In this document: positions 25,120 through 37,520 of the stretch, one piece after another
How positions within the stretch are numbered: position 1 is the stretch's first letter
Layout of the letters: the number at the start of each line of letters is the position of its first letter
Assembly: GCF_006345805.1 (NCBI RefSeq)
Contig: NC_042997.1
Location: forward strand, 201,004,001 to 201,068,000
DNA from: Octopus sinensis
Lineage: Eukaryota
Length of the DNA stretch: 64,000 bases
Reading direction: 5' to 3'
Translations under genes and position numbers: made by a program
Notes under the pieces: generated by a model
What the model was told of the DNA's origin: nothing
Databases searched by the model: none
The model's input: only the letters and a program-made list of their open reading frames with translations

Positions 25120-26039
25120 GAAGATGTAAAGATGTGCTCTCAGAAAAATTCAAGCAAATGGAAATCTCCAGGAAAGGATAAAATTCTTAACTTCTGGTTG
25201 ACTGCTTTCTCAGGAAATCATGAACTACTGACAAGAATTTTACAACAATGTTTTGCAGCAACCGAATACGATTCCCTCTTCGCTAGTTAATGGTGTTACA
25301 TTTCTACTTTGAAAAAATGAAGAAACAAATGAACCAAAAAACTTATAGACCCATAACCTGCTTAACAACAATGTATTAGATATTAACATCTGTCTTGATT
25401 GAATACACTTATAACATCTTAATAGAAAATGGCATCTTCCCTAATGAGTAAAAATGATGTAAACGAGGGCCCTGTGGTAGCAAAGATCAGCTTCTCATCA
25501 CTAAGATGAATTTGGAAGATTGTCACAAGAAGCTATTGCTTGGATAGGCTATTAAAAGTACTTTTGATAGTCTCTACAGAGCTGGATCGAGAAATGTTTG
25601 GTAAGTTATAAAATCGCCCCTACTCTATGAAACTTCTTATCTGTAAGAATGAGAACATGGAAAACTACACTGACTTTGAATAATCAGAATGAGTCTTTGA
25701 GGTAAGAATTTTATGTGGCATTTTCCAGGGTGACTCTCTATCATCAATCCTCTTTTGTCTAGCCTTAATACCTTTTTCCATATTGCTCGATGAAGTACAA
25801 TGCGACTATAAAATGTTTGATAAAAATATAAATCATCTCATTTACAAGGATGATTTAAAGCTCTTTGCAGAAATGACCAGCAAATTCAGGGTTAACAAGC
25901 TATTGTAAAAGAGTTTAGTGATGACAGAATGGAATTTGGTCTCGATAAATGTGCAAAAGGAAAAATGGTAGAAACATCCAACGTTAAACTTGACCAACAG
26001 AATGTCATAAAAAAGTTAGAACTAGCAGGGTGCTACAAG
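25120..26039 (+). pseudogene. R4/Dong-clade (RLE-type) non-LTR retrotransposon reverse-transcriptase remnant
   Basis: Motifs in order, with stops and frameshifts: WKSPGKDKILNFWL; YRPITCLTTMY; P(NE*)K*CKRG..GSKDQLLI; GIFQGDSLSSILFCLALIPFS; INHLIYKDDLKLFA (YMDD box). Confidence 0.88.
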
Positions 26040-26325
26040 GAGGCGGACTTGCGGTTTTGATTCCCAGACCGGGCGTTGTGTGTGTTTATTGAGCGAAAAC
26101 ACATAAAAGTTCCAAGAGGCTCTGGCAGGAGGTGGTGGCGACCCCTGTTGTAATCTTTCACCCCAACTTTCTCTCACTCTTTCTTCCTGTTTCTTGAGTA
26201 ATGCTGCGATGGACTGGCGTCCCGTCCAGCTGGGGTGGGGGGACACATACGCCACAGAAACTGGGAAATCAGCCCATGAGCTTGGCTAGGCTTGAAAAGG
26301 GTGCATAAAATAAAAATAATAATAT
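26040..26325 (+). mobile_element. tRNA-headed SINE family D (Meta/V-domain-like block), 5'-truncated
   Basis: ggttttgattcccagaccggg (B-box-like) and ctgcgatggactggcgtcccgtccag; homologous to 31822-32125. Confidence 0.75.
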
Positions 26326-26939
26326 CACCAAAGATCTCAGTCACTTGCCAATGTCTCTGTGAAGCCCAGCGTTCGAAGGGTGCTTTGACATTGGCCATAA
26401 CTACAATTGGCATTGATAGAAGAACCACTGGTCTATGGGAACAGCAGTAGGGATGGCAGTTATAGTTGCCTTGGTGACTGAGAGAGAGGGAGAAGGAGAG
26501 AAAGAAAGAGAAAGAGAGAAAGACAGGAAAATTGTCTTCAGTGAAAGTTGCAAAACCGCTCTCCTTCCCTGCACATTTCTCCTCTCACCATTCCTTTATT
26601 GGTCGCTGACAAATTCCTTGCTTATATTTATTTCAATAAAAAATATTTTCAGCATGTGTGTATGCATATATACATATGTGTGTTTGTATATGAATGTATG
26701 TGTGTGTGTGTGTGTGAGTGTGTGTTTAAATGTACTTATAGGGGAGGACAACAGTCACAAATAAGTCTGAAATTTTAATAATTTTTCAATTTTTTTTTTT
26801 TGGTGGGAGGGGATTTTTCATAAATGTTATTAAATATTAAAAAGTCATGAAGAAGTTTCAATATTTAAGAAAATACAAAAATGGATTTTATAAAATATTA
26901 AAATTTCAAACTTTTTCATGACTTTTGACTTACATTTTA

Positions 26940-26971
<32 letters not shown>

Positions 26972-27240
26972 CAGTGATAATAATAATAATATATATATAT
27001 GTATGTATGTATGTATGTGTGTATGTATGTATGTATGTATGTATGGATATATCTATCTATCATCATCGCTAAACGATGATGATGATGATGATGATGATGA
27101 TGTATGTATGTATATATATGTATATATATATATATATATAAATAGAGAGAGAGAGAGACAGACAGACAAACAGATAGATAGATAAATATATAATATATAT
27201 GTGTATATTATATCCATATATATATATATGAATATATATA

Positions 27241-27546
27241 TCATGTGATCACGTGACCGACCAGGCCATCAGATGTTGCTACACATCACTGGTCACAATG
27301 CGCTTTGCATTGTTTTAACCTTGAATGACGCCACCCTGCTGGCTAAGCGAGCAGGTCAACAGAAGAAAGAGTGAGAGAAAGTTGTGGTGAAAGAGTACAG
27401 CAGGGATTGCCACCAGCCCCTGCCAGATCCTCGTGGAGTTTTAGGTGTTTTTGCTCAATAAACACTCACAACGCCCTGTCTGGGAATGGAAACCACAATC
27501 CTATGACCGCGAGTCCACTGCCCTAACCACTGGACCACTGCGCCTC

Positions 27547-27548
<2 letters not shown>
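27241..27548 (-). mobile_element. SINE with family D head and body but a different tail
   Basis: Minus: gtggaggcgcagtggtccagtggttagggcagtggactcgcggtc...ttcccagacagggcgttgtgagtgtttattgagc...; tail gcaaagcgcattgtgaccagtgatgtgtagcaac. Confidence 0.75.
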
Positions 27549-27598
<50 letters not shown>

Positions 27599-27697
27599 TA
27601 CATACATATATATGTATATATATACACACCATACATGTGTGTGTGTGTATCAGATTAGTATAGTTTTCATGAAGCATTGTCTGATATACATAGATAC

Positions 27698-27750
<53 letters not shown>

Positions 27751-27751
27751 G

Positions 27752-27783
<32 letters not shown>

Positions 27784-27989
27784 TGTATGTATGTATGTAT
27801 GTTATGTATGTATGTACATATATATATATACAGACGTTTTTTGAATTTTTTAAAACCAATGGTTCGGTGAAATGGTTAGTACCTTTACCTGGTGTTTCAA
27901 TACCTCAGAGTTAGGATCCCTTCTTCAGGAAATTTACGGAGAAAAGGTGTTGATAGCTGATATTTCCATAAATTTCATGAAGAACGGTA

Positions 27990-28420
27990 CCTGTGTCAGT
28001 GGAACGTTAAAAGAACCATTCAATCATGATCATTGCCAGCGCAGCTGACTGGCTCCCATGCCGGTGGCACATAAGAAAAAAAAATGCACCATTCAAGCAT
28101 GGTCATTGCCAGTACTGCTAGACTGGCTGCTGTGCAGGTGGCATGTAAAAAAACACCATTTGAGCATGGCTAATGCCAGTACCGCCTGACTAGCCCTCGT
28201 GCTGGTGGCACATAAAAGCACCCACTACACTCTCAGAGTGGTTGGCGTTAGGAAGGGCATCCAGCTGTAGAAACTCTGCCAGATCAAGATTGGAGCCTGG
28301 TGCAGCCTTCTGGCTCGCCAGCCCACAATCAAACCATCCAACCCATGCCAGCATGGAAAGCAGACGTTAAACGATGCTGATGATGATGATGGTGTGACAA
28401 CGGTAATGATGATGATGATG
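27990..28420 (+). mobile_element. RTE 3'UTR copy
   Basis: Three to four degenerate subrepeats, terminal region and (GAT)n tail. Confidence 0.88.
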
Positions 28421-28834
28421 ATGATGATAAAGGGTCCTAACTCATTGACTCACATTATTTAATTTTTATAAATTGCACAGTTTTTTGGCTTTAAAAAAAT
28501 ATTCAAAACATTTATATCTTCATCATCATCATCATGATTTAATGTCCATTTTCAATACTAGCATAGGTTGGAAAGCTTGTCAGAAACTGGCAAGTCAGAA
28601 GATGCACAAAGCTCTTCCATCAATCATAGATAGGCCCAGAGGAAAAGAAATGATGGAATAATTTAGCTGCTTGGAAAGAGGTTGATTCTGCTGTAAAAGG
28701 GGACAAAAAAATTGATCAAAACAAATTCTTAAAATGGAAGAAATATCAAACGATTCTTTTCAAAACTCATAGTGAATTGCAGCACATCTTATAAGGGTAG
28801 AACTAATAATAATAAAAATAATAATAATAAAAAT

Positions 28835-28884
<50 letters not shown>

Positions 28885-29135
28885 TAATATTAACAATAAT
28901 TATCATTATCATTATCATTATTAAAAAAAGCACCCACTACATTCACGGAGTGGTTGGCGTTAGGAAGGGCATCCAGCCATAGAAACACTGCCAGATCAGA
29001 CTGGGCCTGATGCAGCCTTCTGGCTTCACAGACACCAGTTGAACCGTCCAACCCATGCTAGCATGGAAAGCGGACGCTAAATGATGACCATCATCTTCAT
29101 CATTATCATTATTATTGTTATTATTATTATTATTA

Positions 29136-29166
<31 letters not shown>

Positions 29167-29204
29167 ATAACAACACCAATGATAATTATGATAATAATAA
29201 TAAT

Positions 29205-30040
29205 AATTTGGAATGGCCTGGAAAGAAAAAAATGTATGGTCAGTTTGCAAGAGATACAAGCTCGAAGATAGATACTGAGAGCCAGTGGTTATGAATGCAG
29301 AGGAGTGAGTTAATGATAGAAACCGCAACATTTAATGTGCAGCACAAGAATAAGCATTGTGGACTAACTATGTGATGTACAGAATTGATAATACAGCTGA
29401 GAGCAACAAATGCAGAATTTGTGGTAAGAAGGGTGAAACAGTATGGCACTTTGTTAATGAATGCCTGAAATTGGCACAACGTGACAATATGGCAAGTATG
29501 ATCTATGGGGAACTCCGTGGAAATTATGGCCTAAAACAATCATCAACATGGTATGACCAGATCCCAGAAGGAGAATGAAGATTGCAAAATCTTGTGAGCT
29601 GCAACGATCCAGTGTAACTATCAGATTAGACATCGGAAATCTGACATTGTTGTAGAGAACAGTAAAAATGAAACATGTTTGATAATTGACAAAGCATGTG
29701 CAAGTGACAACAGGATCAAAGAGAAAGAAGAAAGAAAAGTGAACGGCTATGATGAATTGAAGTGGGAAATATGCAGGGTGTGGGCAACGAAGAGAGGGGA
29801 CATGACAATGCTAGTGACTGCTGTGCTTGGAAGTATTAGCACTCAACTACCAACATGGTTCAAAATGATTGCAACAAATGTAAAGATGGATCACCTGGAA
29901 AGATCATTGCTTGGAACTGCAAGAGTTTTCTGTTGGGTTCTTGAAACACAACTAGTAAACAAGTGTCATCTTAGTCTACTAGCTGTGACAGCCGATACTT
30001 ACCATCATATCCAGCAAAATAAGCTGAGAGTTTTCATAAA
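29205..30040 (+). pseudogene. R4/Dong-clade LINE 3' portion: CCHC zinc knuckle and restriction-like endonuclease
   Basis: KKMYGQFARD...CRICGKKGETVWHFVNEC..., SDIVVENSKNETCLIIDKACASDNRIKEKEERKVNGYDELKWEICRVW...LLGTARVF; (AAT)n tracts on both sides. Confidence 0.9.
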
Positions 30041-30119
30041 ATAATAATAACAACAACAACAACAACAACAACGACGACGACGACGACGCTGATGATGATA
30101 ATAATAATGATGATGATGA

Positions 30120-30645
30120 ATTCTTATCTTAACTGATTAGCAGTGTTATCATGTACATTGTTTGGTCTTGGTATAAAAGATGGGCTACAGCAAACATTCT
30201 GCTCAATACCACAGATTTGCTTGTCAGTTCCTTGACCATAACCAGTTGAGCATGTGCCTTAGTGGTTGATGATATGTGCATCTCTGATCACGAGCAGAAG
30301 TAGTGGGGGAGCATTATAACCATGTGTCGAGAGGAATTCTTTGGGGTTTGGATAATTCACCTCTGGAAACATGGGTGTTTCGTTCATCATCCTTAAACAA
30401 CCCTTATTCAGGGACCTTTTGAGTAGGATGGGCTACTCAACCTGAAGAAAATTCTAACTGGGCCCCACCTGCAAGGTCATGCAGTTTTAATCTTGATATG
30501 AGCTCACTGTGTTGCGCACATATGGTTGAGATGCATGTGCCTGGTGTACCCTTATCAGACAGGTGGTCATGATGGGTATACTGGGCTTCGTATATTTTAC
30601 TCCAGCATCACTTTGATGGCATGCACAGCTCTCTCACTCAATAAC
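30120..30645 (+). mobile_element. Unclassified ~520-bp interspersed element ending in (AAT)n
   Basis: Non-coding, higher-GC block ending ctctctcactc-aataacaataataat. Single copy in this window; its repeat status comes from my recollection of octopus sequence. Confidence 0.5.
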
Positions 30646-30683
<38 letters not shown>

Positions 30684-31051
30684 CAACAACAACAACAACA
30701 AATGATAATTTGTTTTATTTGTCACCAGTGCATAAAATGAGGGAAACATTACAATGACAGTCTACAATTTGTGTTGGAGTTTAGATAAACGATGAGGGGA
30801 AGAAAGGGAGTAAACAGAGAAATGAGATAAAAGTGTGCATAGAACAAAAAATCCCATCTATGACACAGCCCTCTTGATAGAGGGGAAAACAATCAAGGGA
30901 CCCTGAAAATCCAATATCACTCTGACCACCAAGGGTACAAGTCTTTACCCATCTGTTGTTCTCCAATCTACAGGTGCATGCTAAGAGTTGCACTTTTCAC
31001 CCTATTTTCGCTACACCTTTTGACCCTGAATGGTTTTTCAATGATAATTCT

Positions 31052-31280
31052 TTAACCCTTTCGTTACTATATTTATTTTGAGATGATCCGTGTTTCTTTC
31101 AATTAATTTTTAATATAACAAAGAATTTATTAAAATAACTTAGTTATCTTTAAGCTTGTGTTAGGAACATAAATTGTGACTAAGGTTTGGTGGAAGATTT
31201 TAATTCAAAACTTTTGAAAACAAGACATTTGTACTCAGAGCCAGAGTTGGTTTCAGCCGGGTTGGTAACAAAAGGGTTAA
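31052..31280. mobile_element. piggyBac-type MITE (221 bp) with TTAA TSDs
   Basis: TTAA-CCCTTTCGTTAC ... GTAACAAAAGGG-TTAA. Confidence 0.88.
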
Positions 31281-31292
31281 ATTAATCATTTG

Positions 31293-31522
31293 TTAACCCT
31301 TTTGTTACCATATTTCTGTTGAGAAACTCTGTGTTTCTTTCAATTAATTTTAAATATAAGAAAGAATTTAGTAGAATATCTTAGTTATCATTCAGTTAGT
31401 GTTAGGAACATAAATTGTGACTAAGGTTTGGTGGAAGATTTTAATTCCAAACTTATGAAAACAAGACATTTGTACTACAGAGTCAGAACTGGTTTCAGCC
31501 AGGCTGGTAATGAAGGGGTTAA
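31293..31522. mobile_element. Second piggyBac-type MITE (222 bp) with TTAA TSDs, 12 bp downstream of the first
   Basis: TTAA-CCCTTTTGTTACC ... GGTAATGAAGGGG-TTAA; internal sequence homologous to the first copy. Confidence 0.85.
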
Positions 31523-31821
31523 AAGAGAAAATGGCCAACAGTGTGCATGTTATTAAATGGAAAAACTGTTAGTATGAATCATCATAAGACATTTTTGTGT
31601 ATAAATATATTGTTTATTCTGTGTTCACCATTTGTGGTGGGAGCAGGTAGTATGATACAAAAACGTGTGTTTATATACAAAGAAAGTTTTGATTTTTTTG
31701 CTTTTGTGCTGAAAGAAGTAACATATAATATTTGTATGTATGCATGTGTGTAATGAGAACAGTCATTTTGACAATGTGTGTGATAAAATATCTTCGTTTA
31801 CGAACCATATATCTTGTGTCA

Positions 31822-32125
31822 TGGAGACACATGGCCTATGGGTTAGAGCAGTGAACTCATGGTCGAGGGATCGCGGATTTGAATCTCAAACCGGGCGATG
31901 TGTGTGTTTATGAGCGAAACACCTAAGCTCCATGTGGCTCCGGCAGAAGGTAATGGCGAATTTCTGCTGACTCTTTTGCCACAATTTTCTCTCACTTTTT
32001 CCTCCTGCATCTTTGCAGCTCACCTGCGATGGACTGGCATCCTGTCCAGGTGGGGAACCTATACGCCAAAGAAACTGGGAAGCCAGCCCTTATGAGCCAG
32101 GCATGACTCAAGAAGAAACAAACAA
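31822..32125 (+). mobile_element. SINE family D, full length
   Basis: tRNA-like head (tggcctatgggttagagc ... ggatttgaatctc) and cctgcgatggactggcatcctgtccagg block. Confidence 0.78.
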
Positions 32126-32471
32126 AACAATATCTTTTGTCGAGGTGAATAGACATGTGAATTGCACGTGGGAGATTATGCATGGAGCTGCAGAGAAGAC
32201 ATGTGTCTTTGACCAAAGCCTGGCAGGAACTGAGAGTTCCTACCGTGTAGCTCAGAACGAGGCTAATGTCTCAGAACAAGGCCACTGTATCAAAGCAAGG
32301 CTAGTGTATCAAAGCAAGGCTAGATGCCACATCGATATATTCATCTGCTGTGCAGCTCAATTCACATATTTCTATGTAATATGTAGCTCTTTGTTTTGAA
32401 TTGCTGAGACACAACAAATTTCACTTGATTTTTCTGAGCTGCCTAACTCACACATTTATTCCCTGCATTTA

Positions 32472-32733
32472 CAAGTGGTTCTCAATCACTTTTTCCTAAT
32501 GGACCCCTTTGAATTCTATTCTACGCTACTGGACCCTCATGGCTATTCGATGTATATAAACCAAAAAGAAAACCATGCTGTATTTTTAGAACCAAATATT
32601 ATTAGGAACTGTAAAAAAAAAAATTTAATATTTTGTGTATTGTAAGAAGTGTAAGCAATTCATTGCTCATAAATTTGAACAAAATCTTATACAGACCCTC
32701 ATGGGTCATGCAGACCCTGATCGAGAATTGCTG
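32472..32733. mobile_element. hAT-type MITE
   Basis: Imperfect TIRs caagtggttctcaatc / gatcgagaattgctg and subterminal ggaccc/gaccc motifs; no clear TSD. Confidence 0.55.
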
Positions 32734-32989
32734 ATTTACAACAACTCCAGATTGGCTGGCTTATAAATTCTTCTGATTTATCTATGAAATATGCAACACA
32801 CATATACACACACAAACACATGTACCTCATACCATATACACACACACAAGGCTACAATAAATACTTACTGTTTCCTTTATACTGAATATACTAACTCAGG
32901 GCGTAATAATAATAATAATATTTGTAACTCACCAGTCACAATGGGAAATGGAGAAAGAATAACACTGTTCATGGTGGATATATGAACAA

Positions 32990-35120
32990 GGAGAGTGAAA
33001 AGAAGGCGAGGAGGATGAGGGAAAGGAAGAAGGAGGTGGAGGAGGATGTGAAGGAAGAGGAAGAGAAAGAGAAGGAGGAGAAAGAGGAAGGGTTGTAGGA
33101 GGAGAGAAAGAAAGGGGAAAAGGAAGAAGAAGAAGATGAAGGAGGAGGAGGAGGAGGAACAAAAGAGAGGGGGAAAGGGGAAAAGAAAGGGGGATAGGGG
33201 AAAAGAAAGGTGAGGAGAAGGAGGCAGAAGGGGAATGAGAGAAGAAGAAGGAGGGAGAGAGAATGGGGGTGAAGTGAAGGAGGAGGAGTAAGAGGAGGAG
33301 GAAAAGAAAATGGAGAAAGAAGTGAAGAAGAAAATGGAGGAGGAGGAGGAGAAGGAGAAGGAGGAAAAGAAAGTGGAGAAAGAAGTGAAGATAAAAGAGG
33401 AGGAGAAGCAAAAGAAAGGGGAGAAGGAGGAAAAGGAGGAAAAGGAGGAAATTAGAGATGAGGAGGAGGAATGAGAGAAGATGAAGGCGGGAGAGAAAGG
33501 GGAGGAGGAGGAGGAGGAGGAATGAGAGAAGATGAAGGCGGGAGAGAAAGGGGAGGAGGAGGAGGAGGAGGAGAATGAGAAGTAGAAGAAGAAGAAGAAG
33601 ACAAAGAAGAAGAAGAAGGAGAAGAAGGAGAAGAAGAAGAAGAAGAAGAAGAAGAGAAGAAGAGGGAGAAGAAGAAGAAGAAGAAGAAGAAGAAGAAGAA
33701 GGAGAAGAAGAAGAAGAAGGAGAAGAAGGAGGAGAAGAAGAAGAAGAAGACAAAGAAGAAAGAAGAAGGAGAAGAAGAAGAAGAAGAAGAAGGAGAAGAA
33801 GGAAAGAAGAAGAAAAGAAGGAGAAAAGAAGAAGGAAAGAAAAGAAGAGAAGAAGAGAAGAAGAAGAAGAAGAAGAAGGAAGAAGAAGAAAGAAGAAAGA
33901 GAAAGAAGAAGAAGAAGAGAAGAAAAGAAAAAGAAAGAAGAAGAAGAAAGAAGAAGGAGAAGAAGGAGAAGGAGAAGAAGAAGGAGGAGAAGAGAGAAGG
34001 AAGAAGAAGAGAAGAAGGAGAAGAAGGAGAAGAAGAAGAAGAAGAAAAGAAGGAGAAGAAGAAGAAGGAGAAGAAGAGAAGAAGAAGAAGAGAAGAAGAA
34101 GAGAAAAAAAGAAAAAGAAGAAGAAGAAGAAGAAGAGAAGAGAAGAAGAGAAGAAGAAGAAGAGAAGAAGAAGAAGAAGACGAAGAAGAAGAAGAAGAAG
34201 AAGAAGAATAAAGAAGATAAAAGAAGGAAGAAGAGAAGAAAGAAGAAGAAAGAAGAAGAAGAAAGAAAAAGAAGAAGAAGAAGAGAAAAGAAGGAGAAGA
34301 AGAAAGAAGAAGAAGAAGAAAAAGAAGAAGAAGAGAAGGAGAAGAAGAAGAAAAGAAGAGAATAAGGAGAAGAAGAAGAAGAGAAGAGGAGAAGAGGAGG
34401 AGAAGAAGGAAAGAAGAAGAAGAGAAGAAGAAGAAGGAGAAGAAGGAGAAGAAGAAGAAGAAGAAGAAGAGGAGAAGAAGAAAAGGAGAAGAAGAAGAAG
34501 AAAAGAAGAAGGAAGGAGGAGAGAAGAAGGAAAGAAGAAGAAGAAAAGGAGAAGAAAGAAGAAGAAGAAGAAGAAGAAGGAGAGAGAAGGAGAAGAAGAA
34601 GAAGAAGAAGAAAAGAAGGAGAAGAAGGAAGAAGACTAAGAAGAAGAAGAAGAGAAGAAGAAGAAGAGGAGAAGAAGAAGAAAGAAGAAGAAGAAGGAGA
34701 AGAAGGAGAAGAAGAAGAAGGATAAGAGAAGAAGAAGGAGGAGAAGGAGAAAGAAGAAGAAGAGAAGAAAAGAGGAGAAGAAGAGAAGAAGAGAGAAGAA
34801 GAAGAAAAGAAGAAGAAGAAAAGAAAAGAAAAAGAAGAGAAGAAGAAGAAGAAGAAAGAAGAAAAAGAAGAAGAAAGAAGAAGAAAGAAGAAGAGAGAAG
34901 AAGAAGGAAGAAGGGAGAGAAGAAGGAGAAGAAGAAGAAGAAAGAAGAAGAAGAAGAGAAAAAGAAGAAGAAGAAAAAGAAGAAGAAGAAGAAGAAAAAA
35001 AAGAAGAAGAAGAAGAAGGAGAAGAAAAAAGAAGAAGAAGAAGAAGGAGAAGCAGAAAGAAGAAGAAGAAGAAAAAAGAAGAAGAAGAAGAAGAAGAAGC
35101 AACAAGAGAAGAAGAAAATG
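32990..35120. repeat. ~2.1-kb polypurine (GAA/GAG/AAG) tract
   Basis: The plus strand is almost all A/G from ~33575 to ~35115. Confidence 0.97.
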
Positions 35121-35744
35121 TTTAGAGTAAAACAAACCTGAAAATGTTGAGTAGAAGAAGAGATTAAATTTGTGTATTTGTTTGTTTTTTTGATTCATCT
35201 TGTTATTTTTTTTTTTAGGAAGCAAGATGGCAGAAATATATTCAGTGAAACATGATGTTAAAGCATTGAAATATATTTTATAATTCTGCCAGAGTCTCTT
35301 GTGGACCAGAAGTGATGAAGCTTAAATCAAAATGGATTCACACAAATAAAACTGTTATGATTGCATTACAAAAAATATTCCTGTTAAACTCCTTCCACAG
35401 TGTATTCCTTGCTAACCGTGTACGATACTAAACTAACAGGAATAATGGTGGCGGATGAGGGGGGGGGTATATTTTCTTTTTCTTTTATTTTATCTTTTGC
35501 TTGTTTCAGTCACTGGACTGTGGCCATGCTGGAGCAATGCCGTGAAGAATTCTTTTAGTTGAATGACTTGACCATAACCCTCTTTTTCTTTTGAAGCTTG
35601 ATATCTATTCTGTTGTTCTCTTTTGCTGAACTGCTAAGTTATGGGGATGTAACCAAACTAACACTGTTTGCCAAGCAGTGGTGGTAAACAAAAACAGGTA
35701 CAGAGACACTCACGCACACACACACACACACTATCCTGTACAAT

Positions 35745-36050
35745 TATATGACTATCCGAATGTGACCACTGCCAGGCTCACCTGACTGGGTCCTCTGCCA
35801 GAGGCATGTAAAAAGGACTATCTGAATGTGATCGATGCCAGGCCCACCTGACTGGCTCCTGTACAGGTGGCACATAAAAAGCACCCATTACAATCTAGAA
35901 GTGGTTGGCGTTAGGAAGGGCATCCAACTGTAGAAAGATGACCAGATCAGATTGGAACCTGGTGCAGCCTCCTGGCTCTCCTGACCTCAGTCAAACCGTC
36001 CAACCCATGCCAACATGGAAAACGGACGTTAAACAGTGATGACGATGAAG
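35745..36050 (+). mobile_element. RTE 3'UTR copy
   Basis: Degenerate subrepeats plus terminal region. Confidence 0.85.
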
Positions 36051-36535
36051 ATGGTTTGCACCACCTAATCAAACTATGGTTCAATTCCACGTCATGGTAC
36101 CTTGTCTTTAACAAAAGCTGCAGCTGACCAAAACCTTGCGCATGGATTTCGTAGATGAAAGCCGAAAGAAGCCTATCATATGTGCATGTGTTTGTGTGTG
36201 TATGTGTGTGTGTGTGTCCATGTGTGTATGTGTGCATGTGTGTGTGTGTGTGTGTGAGAGAGTGTGTGTGTGTGTGTGTGTGCGTGTGTGTGTGTGTGCG
36301 TGTGTGTGTGTGTGCGTGTGTTGGGATCTTGTATTCTTGAAATTATGGAACAGTCATAAAATAATTGCCATTGTCATAGAAGAAATATCATTCATTTCTA
36401 ATATTCTGTGAAAAAAATGCCTGGCAACAAGGGAAGTGTTGTTCTTTCATAGAAAGCAGGAAGAACATCCAAAAGAGGAAATCTACCTCAATAAACTCCA
36501 TCCAACCCATCCATGCGTGGAGAAGTGGGTATTAA

Positions 36536-36621
36536 GATGATGATGGTGATGATAACGATGATGATGCTCATGCCGATCATGACGATGACAGTGATGATGA
36601 TGATGGTGATGTGACGATGGA

Positions 36622-36658
<37 letters not shown>

Positions 36659-37230
36659 TGACCATGGAGATGATGACAATGATGATGATGATGACGATGA
36701 TAATTATGATGCTGATTACGATGATGATGACGACGATGATGATGATGATGATGATGATAATGATGATGATGATGATAATGATGATGATGACGATAATGAT
36801 GATGACAATGATGATGATGACAATGATGATGATGATGATGATGATAATTATGATGCTGATTACGATGATGATGATGACAATAATGATGATGATCAGAAGG
36901 AGGCTGATGACAATGATGAGGTGATGGCAGTGGTGATGATGATTATTATGTTCTGAATGCAATGATGACGATGATGCTGATGAAGACGATGATGATGATG
37001 GTGATGCTTATGAAGACGATGATGATGCCGATGCTGATCCTGATGATGATGCCGATGATGATGAGGAGAAGGAGGATGGTGACAATGATGATAATGATGT
37101 GACAATGGTGGTGATGATGACGATGACGATGACGATGAGGAGGAGGGGGAGGGGGAGGAGGAGGAAGAAGACGAGGAAGAAGAAGTGGAGAAGGAACAGG
37201 AGGATGACGACGACGATGATGACAATGACG
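36536..37230. repeat. (GAT)n/(GAC)/(GAG) compound microsatellite starting at an RTE-like tail
   Basis: Directly visible. Confidence 0.93.
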
Positions 37231-37520
37231 AGGGGATATAATTAAAGCATCTTTGGGGCACGAGTTAAGTGATGAAGAAGCTTCGTTCCCTTTTAAAAAT
37301 ATTCAAGCCAAGAAATTACCGATAGTCTTTGAAAGACATATTAAAAGATTTTCGTAAAAATCCCATCCATTTTATTCCTTATTCCAGTTCTTCAATTGTT
37401 CCTTTGTTAACATTAACATAACTAAATATATTTTTTCTTCACTTCATGATTATGTATTGTGACATCAAATTAAAGTGAATTTAAATCAATTTTTCAAAAG
37501 TAGTTTTTCCTAAAACCATA

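Noticed and set aside
30780-31000. Possible decayed LINE C-terminus on the minus strand (CRLENNRWVK)
   Set aside because: A single short motif is insufficient for a call.
32013-32399. 128-aa ORF
   Set aside because: Starts inside a SINE at a non-ATG codon; no recognisable homology or splice context.
32877-35225. 782-aa and 354-aa ORFs (poly L/F/S and poly R/E/K)
   Set aside because: They are translations of the GAA/GAG tract, which lacks stop codons by composition; no domain or splice evidence.
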